From an uncultured bacterium (GTDB taxonomy: Bacteria; Babelota; Babeliae; Babelales; Vermiphilaceae): a stretch of 64,000 nucleotides of DNA. Under the pieces are notes generated by a model. It was given only the letters and a program-made list of their open reading frames with translations, made no database searches and was not told where the DNA came from. The stretch is from positions 384,001 to 448,000 of the forward strand of contig OY968764.1 in NCBI GenBank assembly GCA_963695335.1. The letters run 5' to 3'. Each line of letters starts with the position of its first letter. Positions within the stretch are counted from its first letter, which is position 1. Of this stretch, positions 28,975 to 39,642 are shown one piece after another. The translations under genes were made by a program, and so were the position numbers.

Positions 28975-29772
28975 ATGAAAAGTTCTCATCAGATTATTTT
29001 TTTATTGAGTTATTGTATGTTTGGTACCGTTATTGCAATGGAAAAAGAATCCATCCAAAAGTTGAGTACAAAAGATACACGGTTTGTTGATGTTGTTAAT
29101 TATAAAGTTGTTGATAAGTTTGTGGATGGATATCCTATTCATTACGATAGTAAGTACGAGGTTCAGAAATATCACAAAGATACTATTTCTTTTGCTTTTC
29201 CTGTTAAATCCCTTGGTTTATTGCCCATCGAGTATTATGGTGAAAAAAGATTTTTTAATATATTGCCTGATTACTTTACAGGACCTTTAGGTAATCGAGG
29301 AGATATATTTACTGTTGCTGATCCTGCAATCAGACAGGCAGCTGTTGTTGGTGGAACTGTGCAATATCATGATAACACAATAGGTCGCATATATCTGTAT
29401 TTGGGATTTAATGTGAGTAATTTTAGATCTCTGCATAAAGGGCGTGAGAAAATTTATCCGGCAACAGTTATGGCTTTGCAGCTTATCAAAGAAGAGACAG
29501 AATATACACCTCGGTTGTCAAAATGGCATGCATTCGACGGTGTGATGCCTTTTGATGATACAGATATGATAGAAGAAGTTAAAAAACAACGTCCTGAAAC
29601 AAAAATCTCTGATTGGGATGATATTTTAGTGCGTTCTCTTATGAAAAAGTTACTTGGTAGAAATTTTCGTGATTTTAATTTTGAAGCGCGAATTTTTACA
29701 GAAAGTTATTGGAATAAAAGAGAAAAGGCGTTCAAAGAGATCATGAATAGTTCTGAAGAGAGTAAAAAATAG
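28975..29772 (+). CDS. Hypothetical secreted protein
   Basis: Signal ..VIA|MEK. Confidence 0.7.
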   Translation: MKSSHQIIFLLSYCMFGTVIAMEKESIQKLSTKDTRFVDVVNYKVVDKFVDGYPIHYDSKYEVQKYHKDTISFAFPVKSLGLLPIEYYGEKRFFNILPDYFTGPLGNRGDIFTVADPAIRQAAVVGGTVQYHDNTIGRIYLYLGFNVSNFRSLHKGREKIYPATVMALQLIKEETEYTPRLSKWHAFDGVMPFDDTDMIEEVKKQRPETKISDWDDILVRSLMKKLLGRNFRDFNFEARIFTESYWNKREKAFKEIMNSSEESKK

Positions 29773-29800
29773 TTATATATAAAGTTGCAACAGGATTTAC

Positions 29801-30691
29801 ATGTTTAGTTTTATAAAAAATAAACTTCAAAAAATATTTAGCACAGTCACATCAAAGTTAGGTTCGTTTTTTAGTAGAACTACCATTGATGAAGCGGCTC
29901 TCAAAGAGTTAGAAATTTTACTCATTTCCAGCGATGTTGGTGTGAGCACCACACGTTCTATTATTGTAGCACTGCGCAAACAGATTGGCACAGGAATTAT
30001 TGATGGCGCACAATTAAAAAAATACATGCACGTTATTCTTTTGGACATTTTGACGCAACATAAAGCACCTGATTTGAGTGATCATAAGGTGTTTCTTTTT
30101 GTTGGAATTAATGGTAGTGGAAAAACAACAAGCATTGGCAAATTAGCGCATCAATATAAACAACAAGGCAAAAAAGTACTGTTAGTTGCAGCAGATACAT
30201 TCCGTGCAGCAGCTCCAGAGCAACTGAATCAATGGGCGTTGCAAGTGGGCGTTGATATTTTGATTGGCAAAGAAGGTCAAGATCCAGCATCGCTTGTGTT
30301 CCAGGGTTGTGAAAAATTTAAACATGATCATTACGACATTCTTATTATTGATACTGCGGGGCGCTTGCAGACAAAAATCAATTTGATGCATGAACTTGCA
30401 AAAATTAAGCGTTGTGTGCAAAAACAACTTGCAGATCAATCCGTTGTTACGTTACTGACAATTGATGCAATGCTTGGGCAAAACTCATTTGAACAGGCAA
30501 AATTGTTTAAAGAAAGCACTGATGTTTCAGGTATTATTTTAACCAAAATGGATGGTACTGGAAAAGGTGGTATTGTATTTGCAATTGCTCAAGAATTGAT
30601 TATTCCTGTTGTTTTTTTAACATTTGGCGAACAGTCTGATCAGATTAAGAAATTTGATGCGCAAGAGTATGTTACTGATTTATTAGGCTAA
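29801..30691 (+). CDS. ftsY: SRP receptor FtsY
   Basis: GINGSGKTT, DTFRAAA, DTAGR, TKMDGTGKGG. Confidence 0.97.
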   Translation: MFSFIKNKLQKIFSTVTSKLGSFFSRTTIDEAALKELEILLISSDVGVSTTRSIIVALRKQIGTGIIDGAQLKKYMHVILLDILTQHKAPDLSDHKVFLFVGINGSGKTTSIGKLAHQYKQQGKKVLLVAADTFRAAAPEQLNQWALQVGVDILIGKEGQDPASLVFQGCEKFKHDHYDILIIDTAGRLQTKINLMHELAKIKRCVQKQLADQSVVTLLTIDAMLGQNSFEQAKLFKESTDVSGIILTKMDGTGKGGIVFAIAQELIIPVVFLTFGEQSDQIKKFDAQEYVTDLLG

Positions 30692-30725
30692 AGAAAATCC
30701 CCAGATTTTTCTGGGGATTTTAATT

Positions 30726-31733
30726 TTATTTAACTGGTACAATATATTTTTTCATTTCTGCTGGAATCACAATATTCAACGCTTGCGCAGTCTGCATGTT
30801 CACAAATATAGCAGCCCTGTCCTTCGACCTGTCCGAAAAAGCCTTGGCGAAGTAGGAACCTAAAATAGGCAATTCATACGGTTTTTTGTGATCAATTAAA
30901 AGTTGCATAGCAATATGTGCTGCATCAACACCTGCTTGATGATAATCAACACCACGAGCCATTAATGGGCCGTATTGCACAAGCATATTATCACTTACAA
31001 TAAAAGGTTTTTGTGCTTTGCGTGCTAAGTCAGCAATCAGTGCAACGCTGTTTGCGATGGTGTTATCAGTTGGCGCAAGTAATGCGTCTACTTTACGCAA
31101 TGCGCTGATCGTTGCAGGTTCGATATCTGATTCAGATGCAACGCCGATTGTTACTGGAGTATAACCTGCACGTTCTAATTCTGTAACCATTATTTTTGAT
31201 GTAGCAACTGCATTGGTTTCAGCGGTGTTAAAAATAATTCCAACAGTTTGTATGTTGGGCAGCAGTTGTTGCATTGCTTCTATTTCAGCACGAACATTAA
31301 TCATATCACTTACGCCACAAATGTTTGATGCATCAAAACTGATCCCCAACTCTGGTGCAATAGTCACAGCTGCAATAATAATTGGTTTTGTGTTTTCAAC
31401 AGATGCCATTGCTTGCGCTGCAGGAGTTGCAATTGCATAGATTGCATCAATATCTTGGCGTGCATGGAACTGTTGTGCGATGGCATAGAGGGTATTAATA
31501 GAACCTTCACCGTTGCGGATGGTAAAACCAATATCGGCACCCAATTTTTTTTGTAGGCTGGTGATAAAACCATCTCGGGCAGCATCAAGTGCTGGGTGAG
31601 AAGCGGTTTGGATGATGCCGATAGTCCATGTATAGTTTTTTTCAGAACGATTGACTGTTTTTTTGATAATAATGGCACTGAACACAAAGGTTGCGATAAG
31701 GCAAATAGTTATGATTGCGCGATTGTTTTCCAC
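30726..31733 (-). CDS. ABC transporter substrate-binding protein with in-frame repeat insertion
   Basis: HPALDAARDGF, IATPAAQ, GVSD, PTDNT, GVDY. Confidence 0.88.
   Translation of the reverse strand: MENNRAIITICLIATFVFSAIIIKKTVNRSEKNYTWTIGIIQTASHPALDAARDGFITSLQKKLGADIGFTIRNGEGSINTLYAIAQQFHARQDIDAIYAIATPAAQAMASVENTKPIIIAAVTIAPELGISFDASNICGVSDMINVRAEIEAMQQLLPNIQTVGIIFNTAETNAVATSKIMVTELERAGYTPVTIGVASESDIEPATISALRKVDALLAPTDNTIANSVALIADLARKAQKPFIVSDNMLVQYGPLMARGVDYHQAGVDAAHIAMQLLIDHKKPYELPILGSYFAKAFSDRSKDRAAIFVNMQTAQALNIVIPAEMKKYIVPVK
30815..30857. repeat. Family B element(s) in frame in the ABC binding protein
   Basis: ccctgtccttcga-cctgtccgaaaaagccttggcgaagtagga (SYFAKAFSDRSKDR). Confidence 0.8.
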
Positions 31734-31828
31734 AAAATATCCTTTAAAATCTGAGATTTTCTATTGTTTACTATACCATACTATTTCATATATTTCATGT
31801 GCATGATAAATATGCTAGACTGGTAGGC

Positions 31829-32755
31829 ATGAATACAAAGTATGATGTGATGCATTACATTAATGATATTCGGCATAAAATTGCTCCTGCGTATGATGGG
31901 GATGAGATACTCAGTCAGCAGTATGCATGGTGGATATTGCAAGCTATTTGCAGCATGACAAAAACTGAGCTTATTATGAACGATACGGTCATGTTGAGTC
32001 CTGAACAACAAGAGCAATTGGATGATTGGATACATCAGCTTGTATATGATCACATGCCACTGCAATATTTAATTGGTTCTGTACCATTTGCCGATTGTGA
32101 TATTTTAGTACAACCTCCAACTCTTATCCCTCGCCCCGAAACAGAAGAATGGTGTTTACATATCATTGAACATCTTAAGTTATTGAATAATAAAAAAATT
32201 AAAATTTTAGATATGGCGACTGGTTCTGGTTGTATTGCAATTGCACTTGCACACCATTTGCCGCTTGCAGAAATTATTGCAACTGACATTGCTGATAGCG
32301 CACTAGCGCTTATAGAACAAAACATTGAACATAATAAAATTATGAACGTCACATGCATCAAATCAGATCTTTTTGCAGCAATTCCATGCGGCGCAATGTT
32401 TGATATGATTGTTTCTAATCCTCCGTATATTACACTTGCAGAATTTGCAGATCTTGAAGAATCAGTTACGCGTTGGGAAGATCATAATGCACTGATGGCG
32501 GATGATGATGGATTAGCGATTATTAAACAAATTATTGCGCAAGCACCACAATTTATACAAGTTAATAAAGAGATGGAAAATAAGAAGATTCCTCAAGTGG
32601 TTATTGAAATTGGGTATGCACAAGGTGCTGCTGTTGAAAATCTCATGAAAAGCGCTGGTTATAATGATGTTCTTGTGCATAAAGATTTAGAAGGTAAAGA
32701 TCGCTTTGTTACTGGGAGAGTGGACAATGTGGCCAATGCCCGCAATTGCACATAA
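31829..32755 (+). CDS. prmC: Release factor glutamine methyltransferase
   Basis: PLQYLIG, LIPRPETE, DMATGSGCI, VSNPPYI, EIGYAQ. Confidence 0.95.
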   Translation: MNTKYDVMHYINDIRHKIAPAYDGDEILSQQYAWWILQAICSMTKTELIMNDTVMLSPEQQEQLDDWIHQLVYDHMPLQYLIGSVPFADCDILVQPPTLIPRPETEEWCLHIIEHLKLLNNKKIKILDMATGSGCIAIALAHHLPLAEIIATDIADSALALIEQNIEHNKIMNVTCIKSDLFAAIPCGAMFDMIVSNPPYITLAEFADLEESVTRWEDHNALMADDDGLAIIKQIIAQAPQFIQVNKEMENKKIPQVVIEIGYAQGAAVENLMKSAGYNDVLVHKDLEGKDRFVTGRVDNVANARNCT

Positions 32756-33422
32756 ATTTGTTGCTATTATTTTTACTGAAGATAGTTTGAGTTGCTGTTG
32801 GTTGGAAAAAGCAGAACGCGGTACAGCCCCCTTGGTTGTATGTGCATACAAATCTTATCCACTTGATAATCTTGAACTTACACATCTCACGCTGTTCAAT
32901 CCCACAATTATCAAAAAACATATCAGATCTTTTTTGTGCGAACATAACTTGCAAGATGCTTTTATTGCGTTTGCTTTGCATGGTGCAGCAGTGCATGAAA
33001 CATTTGTAACAATGCCAACATCAACACCACACCGTACTGATTTTAAGATGCAAGACAGTGCACATGCGTTGTGGGAATACCGATATCTGTATCCCAATGA
33101 TGATGGGCAGTTTGTGTTTTATGTTTATAGCGTGCCACGTTATATTGTGTTGCAATATAAACTGCTTGCAGTTGCTGCGCAATGTAATGTAATCACCATG
33201 ACAACGCAAACAATGGCGTTGTTATCTGCGTATGAGCATATGTTTGGTAGCGCTTTTAGACGCACTCAACTTGGAGTGGATATGATGCGGTGCAACAATA
33301 ACATTGGTGATCTTATTACCGTTGATGCATTACGACGCATGGTGGATATTGGGACATTAGATATCTCAGATCGCTTGCATTATGTTGCTGCGGCAGGATT
33401 ATTTTGTTCTGAGAGAGTATAA
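32727..33422 (+). CDS. Hypothetical protein, possibly a degenerate PilM-like protein
   Basis: Precedes a PilN-like gene; ends YVAAAGL. Confidence 0.45.
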   Translation: MWPMPAIAHKFVAIIFTEDSLSCCWLEKAERGTAPLVVCAYKSYPLDNLELTHLTLFNPTIIKKHIRSFLCEHNLQDAFIAFALHGAAVHETFVTMPTSTPHRTDFKMQDSAHALWEYRYLYPNDDGQFVFYVYSVPRYIVLQYKLLAVAAQCNVITMTTQTMALLSAYEHMFGSAFRRTQLGVDMMRCNNNIGDLITVDALRRMVDIGTLDISDRLHYVAAAGLFCSERV

Positions 33423-33434
33423 GCGTTATTTTTT

Positions 33435-33571
33435 TCCGCTCGTCTAACCCCATCTTCAGTTTCTTTCGATGGGGACCCCAATTCAGCCCCATTTCCATTA
33501 TATTCCAATGGGGACCCCAATTGGAGTAAGACGTAAATTGGGAATAAAAAATTGGGGCAAAAGGATGCGGA
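33435..33571. repeat. Family C twin hairpin nested in another C element, inside an A-like remnant
   Basis: tccgctcgtc[taaccccatc..ggggacccc..[agccccat..ggggacccc..]..attgggg]caaaaggatgcgga. Confidence 0.8.
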
Positions 33572-33611
33572 TTAATAAAAATATTAAATTAAAAAAATCT
33601 TTTTTATGTTG

Positions 33612-33666
33612 CACCCTTCGATACATTTTACTACGTTTCACTACGTAAAACACTCAGGGCGAGCGG
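33612..33666. repeat. Family A element
   Basis: cacccttcgataca..cactcagggcgagcgg. Confidence 0.85.
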
Positions 33667-33702
33667 TAAGGAATGTGAAATTAAAAATAAAAGGCTCAAG
33701 CT

Positions 33703-34233
33703 ATGAAAAAAGTTAATTTTATTACACCATTGTCACCAGAAAAACAGTATGCAATACAGCGCTGGTTTTTAATGACATTTTTTTTGGGAATGTGTGTTTT
33801 GTTGGTGAGTGCATATTTTGTTGTTCCGCAACTGTTGACATATATTGCATTGCATAAAGAAGTAGCTGAATTACGAATATTAACAAAAGATTATGATACA
33901 CAGGTTAAAGAAAAAGATGTGCTCAAAACAGAACATGATCAGATGCGTATTCGTACAAAAAAAATAGAACATTATAATGATGCACCAAAAAATCCCCATG
34001 CTTATATTGCAGCAATTACACAAGCGTGTGGTGATGGCGCAATTTTAGAAGCGATTAAAATTATTAAAAAAGATTATGATATTACATTGTTGTGCCCAAC
34101 ATCAGAACATGCAACAGTGTTTATTAAAAGATTGTCAGCATCAGAGTTGTTTATGAATGTTAAACTTGTTTCATTGCAACAAGATACACAAACAAAACAG
34201 CTGCGATGTGTTGTAAAAGGTAAACTTAGATAA
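33703..34233 (+). CDS. PilN-like protein
   Basis: KVNFI start, TM helix, coiled coil, FIKRLSASELFMNVKL. Confidence 0.65.
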   Translation: MKKVNFITPLSPEKQYAIQRWFLMTFFLGMCVLLVSAYFVVPQLLTYIALHKEVAELRILTKDYDTQVKEKDVLKTEHDQMRIRTKKIEHYNDAPKNPHAYIAAITQACGDGAILEAIKIIKKDYDITLLCPTSEHATVFIKRLSASELFMNVKLVSLQQDTQTKQLRCVVKGKLR

Positions 34234-35203
34234 TTCCAAAGAGTTTACCGAGCGTATATACGCTTGCACAGACAGTTACTAGAGAAGGGATCACGTATGG
34301 CATATTTTTTTCTTTCTTTAATACAACGTTAAGACGATCGAACCATTCTTGTTGTATTTTCGGTTGATATTCTTTAAGTTCCTCTAAAGTCAGACTTTTT
34401 TCTAGATAATTAGTTGGCAACAGATAATGTAATTTTAAAATAGTGTTAATCACTGTTATATCATTGATGTTTTTTTGATTTACGAGATACACATTCGGAT
34501 TTTGTTTTGTGACAGTTAAAAATGCATAGAGTGCCTGTGCATCCTTACAAGATAATTTGGTATTATGTAAAATAATAATTGGTAAATCATTGGGTAAATC
34601 ATTAATATTGTCGATTGGCTGTTCGCCAGTAGGTGAGTAGTGCCAAAAATGCGTTCGGACAAGCTGAGGAAGAAGATAATAACCTGCAGATGTGAAACGG
34701 CAACAGTTTCCAACGGCATATGAAATGGGATCATCAGATAAAGAATGGCTTGTATCGTCTACAAAAGTATTTTCAATAAAACTATTGCCGGTGAGTATGA
34801 TGCTTTCTAAAATAAGAGCTTTAATGTTTTTGGGGTTTTTGGCGGTATAATTTATGGCTGTTGCACTGCCCTGAAATGATCCATAGATAATAAGTGGATC
34901 AGTATCACGTAATGTTTTATTTTTTTTGCACCAGTTTATCTTTTTTTCAAGATGTTCTTGGCATTTATTTTGACCAAAATCAGATAATTTTTCAGGTGTT
35001 TCTATATAATGCATTGATGTCTGATTTTTTGCAAAGTAAGGCAAAATAGTTTCTATATAAGATAAAGTACCTTTTTTATTGAGATTGTTGCATCCATCGT
35101 ATTCAGGGATAACTAAAATGTGAGGTTTTTGTTCTTTTTCCATAGTGAGTGTGGTATTGCATGCTACGATGGTAAGAGTGAGTATGTGAGTTATTTTCTT
35201 CAT
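34226..35203 (-). CDS. Secreted alpha/beta hydrolase paralogue, probably inactive
   Basis: GSFQG in place of GSSQG; His-containing segment missing relative to neighbour. Confidence 0.75.
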   Translation of the reverse strand: MKKITHILTLTIVACNTTLTMEKEQKPHILVIPEYDGCNNLNKKGTLSYIETILPYFAKNQTSMHYIETPEKLSDFGQNKCQEHLEKKINWCKKNKTLRDTDPLIIYGSFQGSATAINYTAKNPKNIKALILESIILTGNSFIENTFVDDTSHSLSDDPISYAVGNCCRFTSAGYYLLPQLVRTHFWHYSPTGEQPIDNINDLPNDLPIIILHNTKLSCKDAQALYAFLTVTKQNPNVYLVNQKNINDITVINTILKLHYLLPTNYLEKSLTLEELKEYQPKIQQEWFDRLNVVLKKEKNMPYVIPSLVTVCASVYTLGKLFGII

Positions 35204-35217
35204 TACGTGCCTTATTT

Positions 35218-36183
35218 TTACATTCCCAGCCATTTGCCCAGCGCGTATAATCCCAAACTTGAGCCTACTACTTTTGTTGAGGTATCAAGGCATTCAAGAT
35301 TTTGTTCTTTAGTAAATACAGCGTTAAAGTGATCAAGCCATTCTTGTTGCACTTCAGGTTGATATTGTTGTAAGTCAATTACTTCCTGATGATAATCGCA
35401 TGACAATACATTATGTAATTTTAAAATGGTGTTGATAGCACTGATTTCTTCGATGTTGTATGCTTGCAATAAGTTGATGTGTGCACCATTTTCAGTTTTA
35501 TAAGTAAAAAGATACACATTTTTATTCTTTTTTATTTGAGTTAAGTATGCATATAATGCTTGTGCATCTTTAAAATTCAGTTGAAAATCTTGATCATCAT
35601 GCAAAATGATAATTGGTAAATCAGTAGGTAATTTATCAATGTTATTAATGGGTTGTTCACCTGTGGGAGCATAAGATGGATATGCAACTTTTGCTGTATA
35701 AGGCAATGTATAATAACTACTTTCTGGTAGATCACATTCTTTTGGCATCATCACGTTATCAACAGTATGAAATATAGCACTGTTACCGGTGAGTAGAACA
35801 CTTTCTAAAATAAGACATTTAATATTTTCAGGATTTTTAGCAGTAAAATTTATGGTTGTTGCAGTACCTTGCGATGATCCATGAATAATAAGAGCATCGT
35901 TATCATGTAAAATATTCTTTTGTTTCAGCTCGTTGATTTTCTCTTTAAGATAGTTTTGGCATTTACTTTGTCCAAAGTCAGGGGATTTTAATGGTGTTTC
36001 CACATTATGCGCTTGTTGTGGATATTTTTTAAAATACGGTAAAACGGTTTTGACATTTTGACCACCCATGCCATTTTGTCCTGGAACAATCAAAATATGT
36101 GTTTTTTGTTCTGATTCCATGGTGAATATGTTGTGATTGCAAAGTGTGATTGCGAGAAGAAATGAATGTACTGTTTTTTTCAT
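35218..36183 (-). CDS. Secreted alpha/beta hydrolase
   Basis: VPGQNG, HGSSQG elbow, LILES, HDDQD, GAHINL. Confidence 0.8.
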   Translation of the reverse strand: MKKTVHSFLLAITLCNHNIFTMESEQKTHILIVPGQNGMGGQNVKTVLPYFKKYPQQAHNVETPLKSPDFGQSKCQNYLKEKINELKQKNILHDNDALIIHGSSQGTATTINFTAKNPENIKCLILESVLLTGNSAIFHTVDNVMMPKECDLPESSYYTLPYTAKVAYPSYAPTGEQPINNIDKLPTDLPIIILHDDQDFQLNFKDAQALYAYLTQIKKNKNVYLFTYKTENGAHINLLQAYNIEEISAINTILKLHNVLSCDYHQEVIDLQQYQPEVQQEWLDHFNAVFTKEQNLECLDTSTKVVGSSLGLYALGKWLGM

Positions 36184-36280
36184 ATTATGCCTTTTTGATA
36201 AAGATATAAATTTTATACGCAATGATATAATATAATCACGGTTAATAATAGCGAGTTATATTTTTTAATAAAAGGAGAAG

Positions 36281-36727
36281 ATGATGAAGTTGAATGTTTT
36301 AGCAATATTGGCGGTTGCAGGTGCAACTGGTTCTTTGATGAGTATGGATCAAAAAAATGAATTCAGTGAATCTCGTTTAAATTTTTACCTTGGTCACAAT
36401 TGGCGTATTAGATCATATTCAGCTCAAAATATGGAATTTGGGATGCCACCATCTGAATTTGTGGGTAAAAAAATCACAGAAACTATTCCTTTAAGTGAAC
36501 ATGATAAAAATGCGGTGACAAGAGGAGTTGAAAAAGCTACTGAACAACAAATAACAGTAACTGTTCCATACACTTTTGATAAGAAAGAATATTTTGCAAC
36601 TATTACTCCTTTGATTAAGATGAAAAAAGATAAGCAAAGAAACAGTTTTTTTGTAAAGATTACAGATAGTACTATGGAATGGAACATGCCGGAAGATACA
36701 CTTTTCACAAAAGAAGCAAAAAAATAA
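36281..36727 (+). CDS. Secreted PAS-fold-like protein
   Basis: Signal peptide; FGMPPSEFVGKKITETIP resembles a PAS core. Confidence 0.55.
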   Translation: MMKLNVLAILAVAGATGSLMSMDQKNEFSESRLNFYLGHNWRIRSYSAQNMEFGMPPSEFVGKKITETIPLSEHDKNAVTRGVEKATEQQITVTVPYTFDKKEYFATITPLIKMKKDKQRNSFFVKITDSTMEWNMPEDTLFTKEAKK

Positions 36728-36821
36728 TTATTTTGTAAACAATTTATAGTTTTTTTGCGCTGCACAATTATCTTATTTTGGGGTAACCTATAAAATAAAA
36801 AACATTTTATAGGTTACCCCC

Positions 36822-39614
36822 ATGAATTTTGATCCTAAAAAAACATTATTTCTTATCGACGGCTCTTCATTTTTATACCGTGCATACTACGGCCTTAAGC
36901 CATTGCATTCACCATCAGGTGTGGCAGTGCAAGCGGTGTTTAGTTTTTGCCGCATGATGAAAAAACTTATTGATACATATAAACCAGAATATGTTGCGCT
37001 CGTATGGGATAGTAAAGGTAAAACAACACGTCATACAATTTTTCCAGAATACAAAGCAACGCGTCAAGCACCACCAAGTGATATATTTGAGCAAAAAGAG
37101 TTAATTATTCAGTTTGCTCAATCTATTGGTATGCCGCAAGTACAGCAAACTGGAATTGAAGCTGATGATTTGATGTTTTCTTTAGCAAAAGACTGGGTCA
37201 GCACATCAGCTGCCCTTCGACAAGCTTCCGACTTCGCCGAGGCTTCTTCGGACGTACAGGGCGAGCGGGAGGCGGATAAGACAGTTGTGTTTGTAACCCT
37301 TGATAAAGATATGGGTCAAGCATTAACACTTGGGCAACAAATATATTTACTCGATGCATTTAAAGATCAGTTCACTGACGCTGCAGCAATGCAAATAAAA
37401 ATGGAAATTCCAGTAGAAAAAATGCCATTTTATTTTGCACTGCTTGGTGATGCTTCAGATAATATTCCGGGTGTAAAAGGGATTGGCAAAAAAACAGCGG
37501 TAGATTTGGTCAATCAGTTTGATTCACTCGAAGATATGTATGATAGACTTAATGAAATAAAAAAGGCTGGTGTAAAAACTGCATTATTAGAACAAAGAGA
37601 TAATGCGTTTTTGAGTTTCCAGCTTTTTCTGTTGCAATACACAGCACTGAACATGAGTTCAGAACAATTACTGTTTAATGCACAGAATTGGAAGCATGCA
37701 CGTCCACTGTTTGAAGAGCTTGGTTTTAAATCATTGCTCGTTACAGCGGGGGAAACAAAAGAAGAACGTGCAAAAGATGTGCAAGCTAAAATTGAATATT
37801 GGAAGAAATACAATTTTATTAATGTGACTACCGCGCAGCAATTGCATGATATGTGTGAGTATCTTAAAAAAGAAGGCGCATTTGCGCTCGACACAGAAAC
37901 TACTGGTTTATCGCCATTAGAAGTTGATTTAGTGGGAATTTCATTTTCATGTGATAAAGGAGTTGCATATTACGTTCCATGTGGTCATAAAACGGGCGAA
38001 CAACAACTTTCTTGTGATGAAATTATTGCAATATTGCGACCAATTTTAGAAAGTTCACAGTATAAAAAATATTTGCACAACGCAAAGTACGATATGTTAG
38101 TGCTCAGCAGTCATGGTATTGAATTAGCTGGTGTTGCACTTGATACACTTGTGGGCGCAAACTTAATTATTAAAGAATGGCAGAGCGCTGGTTTAAAAAA
38201 ACTGTCGCATGCGTTTTTTAATGAAGAGATGTTAACGTTTGAAGATGTAGTAAAGACGGGAAAATACAAAGACTTCTCTTTTGTACCAGTTGAACTAGCT
38301 GGGCTCTATTCATGCGCGGATTCGTATCAAACATATCGCCTTGTTGCGATCATCAAAGAAGCGTTTGAACAAGATAAAAAATTGTATGATTTGTATACAA
38401 ACATTGAACACCCATTGATTGAAGTTTTGTATGAGATGGAAAAAGAGGGTGTCAATTTAGATACGCATTTATTGCGTGAGCTGAATATAAAAGTTACGGC
38501 AGATTTGGCGGTGATTGATGCAGAAATTGCGCATGTTGTGGGTAAAGAAAAAATTAATCTTAATTCGCCAGCGCAAATGGAACATCTTTTGTTTGATGTG
38601 CTGCAGTTGCCACCACAAAAAAAGAGCCCAACGGGTAAATTTTCAACTGATGCAGAAGTGCTTAAAGCGTTAGCAACAATGCACCCGATTCCTGCATTGA
38701 TTATTAAATATCGTGAGTTGGCAAAACTGAAAAATACTTATATCGATGCCTTACCAACATACGTAAATAAAAAAACAGATCGTGTGCATACAACATTCAG
38801 TCAAACATCCGTTGCAACAGGGCGGCTTGCAAGCTCCAATCCTAATTTACAAAATATTCCTGCAGATGCATCTGGATACGGTATAGAAGTACGTGCAGCA
38901 TTCAAAGCGGGTGCAGGGCGTTTATTTATTTCTGCTGACTATTCGCAAATTGAGTTGCGCGTGCTTGCGTATTTGTCACAAGACAAAAATTTAATGAATG
39001 CATTTTTACGTGGGCATGATATTCACACCGAAACTGCTGCGCGTTTATTTGATGTTGAGTTGGCAGCGGTAACGCATGAACAAAGACAACTTGGTAAACG
39101 TATTAATTTTAGTGTTTTGTATGGAATGACACCGTACGGATTATCAAAAGATTTGGGTATTCCGTTCAAGCAAGCAAAGCAATATATTGAGCGTTATTTT
39201 CAGCAATATCCTGATGTTTCCACATGGATGGAATCTATTATAGAATTTGCGAAAAAACATGGATACGTGGAAACGTATTGGGGACGCAGACGGTATATTC
39301 CTGCTATTTATGAAAAAAATCGCACCATGTATGAAGAAGCATGCCGTGTAGCAATTAATACAGTTGCACAAGGAACTGCAGCAGAGATTATGAAATTGGG
39401 TATGTTGGCCGTCCGCAAAGAGTTGCAAACGCGTTTTAAAGATAGTTGCATTGTTTTACAAATTCATGATGAATTGATTGTGTCTGCGCCTGAGCAAGAT
39501 GCATTAGCAGTTGAGATGTTGGTTAAACGAGTGTTGGAATCTGTCGTAAAGTGGGATATCCCTCTTGATGTGAGCACGCGCAGTGGTGCTGATTGGAAAG
39601 AGATTACAAAATAA
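36822..39614 (+). CDS. polA: DNA polymerase I with in-frame repeat insertion
   Basis: IDGSSFLYRAY, GDASDNIPGV, DTETTGL, TGRLASSNPNLQNIP, ADYSQIELR, QIHDEL. Confidence 0.98.
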   Translation: MNFDPKKTLFLIDGSSFLYRAYYGLKPLHSPSGVAVQAVFSFCRMMKKLIDTYKPEYVALVWDSKGKTTRHTIFPEYKATRQAPPSDIFEQKELIIQFAQSIGMPQVQQTGIEADDLMFSLAKDWVSTSAALRQASDFAEASSDVQGEREADKTVVFVTLDKDMGQALTLGQQIYLLDAFKDQFTDAAAMQIKMEIPVEKMPFYFALLGDASDNIPGVKGIGKKTAVDLVNQFDSLEDMYDRLNEIKKAGVKTALLEQRDNAFLSFQLFLLQYTALNMSSEQLLFNAQNWKHARPLFEELGFKSLLVTAGETKEERAKDVQAKIEYWKKYNFINVTTAQQLHDMCEYLKKEGAFALDTETTGLSPLEVDLVGISFSCDKGVAYYVPCGHKTGEQQLSCDEIIAILRPILESSQYKKYLHNAKYDMLVLSSHGIELAGVALDTLVGANLIIKEWQSAGLKKLSHAFFNEEMLTFEDVVKTGKYKDFSFVPVELAGLYSCADSYQTYRLVAIIKEAFEQDKKLYDLYTNIEHPLIEVLYEMEKEGVNLDTHLLRELNIKVTADLAVIDAEIAHVVGKEKINLNSPAQMEHLLFDVLQLPPQKKSPTGKFSTDAEVLKALATMHPIPALIIKYRELAKLKNTYIDALPTYVNKKTDRVHTTFSQTSVATGRLASSNPNLQNIPADASGYGIEVRAAFKAGAGRLFISADYSQIELRVLAYLSQDKNLMNAFLRGHDIHTETAARLFDVELAAVTHEQRQLGKRINFSVLYGMTPYGLSKDLGIPFKQAKQYIERYFQQYPDVSTWMESIIEFAKKHGYVETYWGRRRYIPAIYEKNRTMYEEACRVAINTVAQGTAAEIMKLGMLAVRKELQTRFKDSCIVLQIHDELIVSAPEQDALAVEMLVKRVLESVVKWDIPLDVSTRSGADWKEITK
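37213..37268. repeat. Family A element with nested 30-nt family B element, in frame in polA
   Basis: cccttcgacaagct[tccgacttcgccgaggcttcttcggacgta]cagggcgagcgg. Confidence 0.88.
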
Positions 39615-39640
39615 AAAGAGCCCCAGAAATGGGGCTCATA
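39585..39640 (+). repeat. 56-bp direct repeat, copy 1 (polA 3' end plus terminator)
   Basis: Identical to 40406-40461. Confidence 0.92.
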
Positions 39641-39642
39641 AT

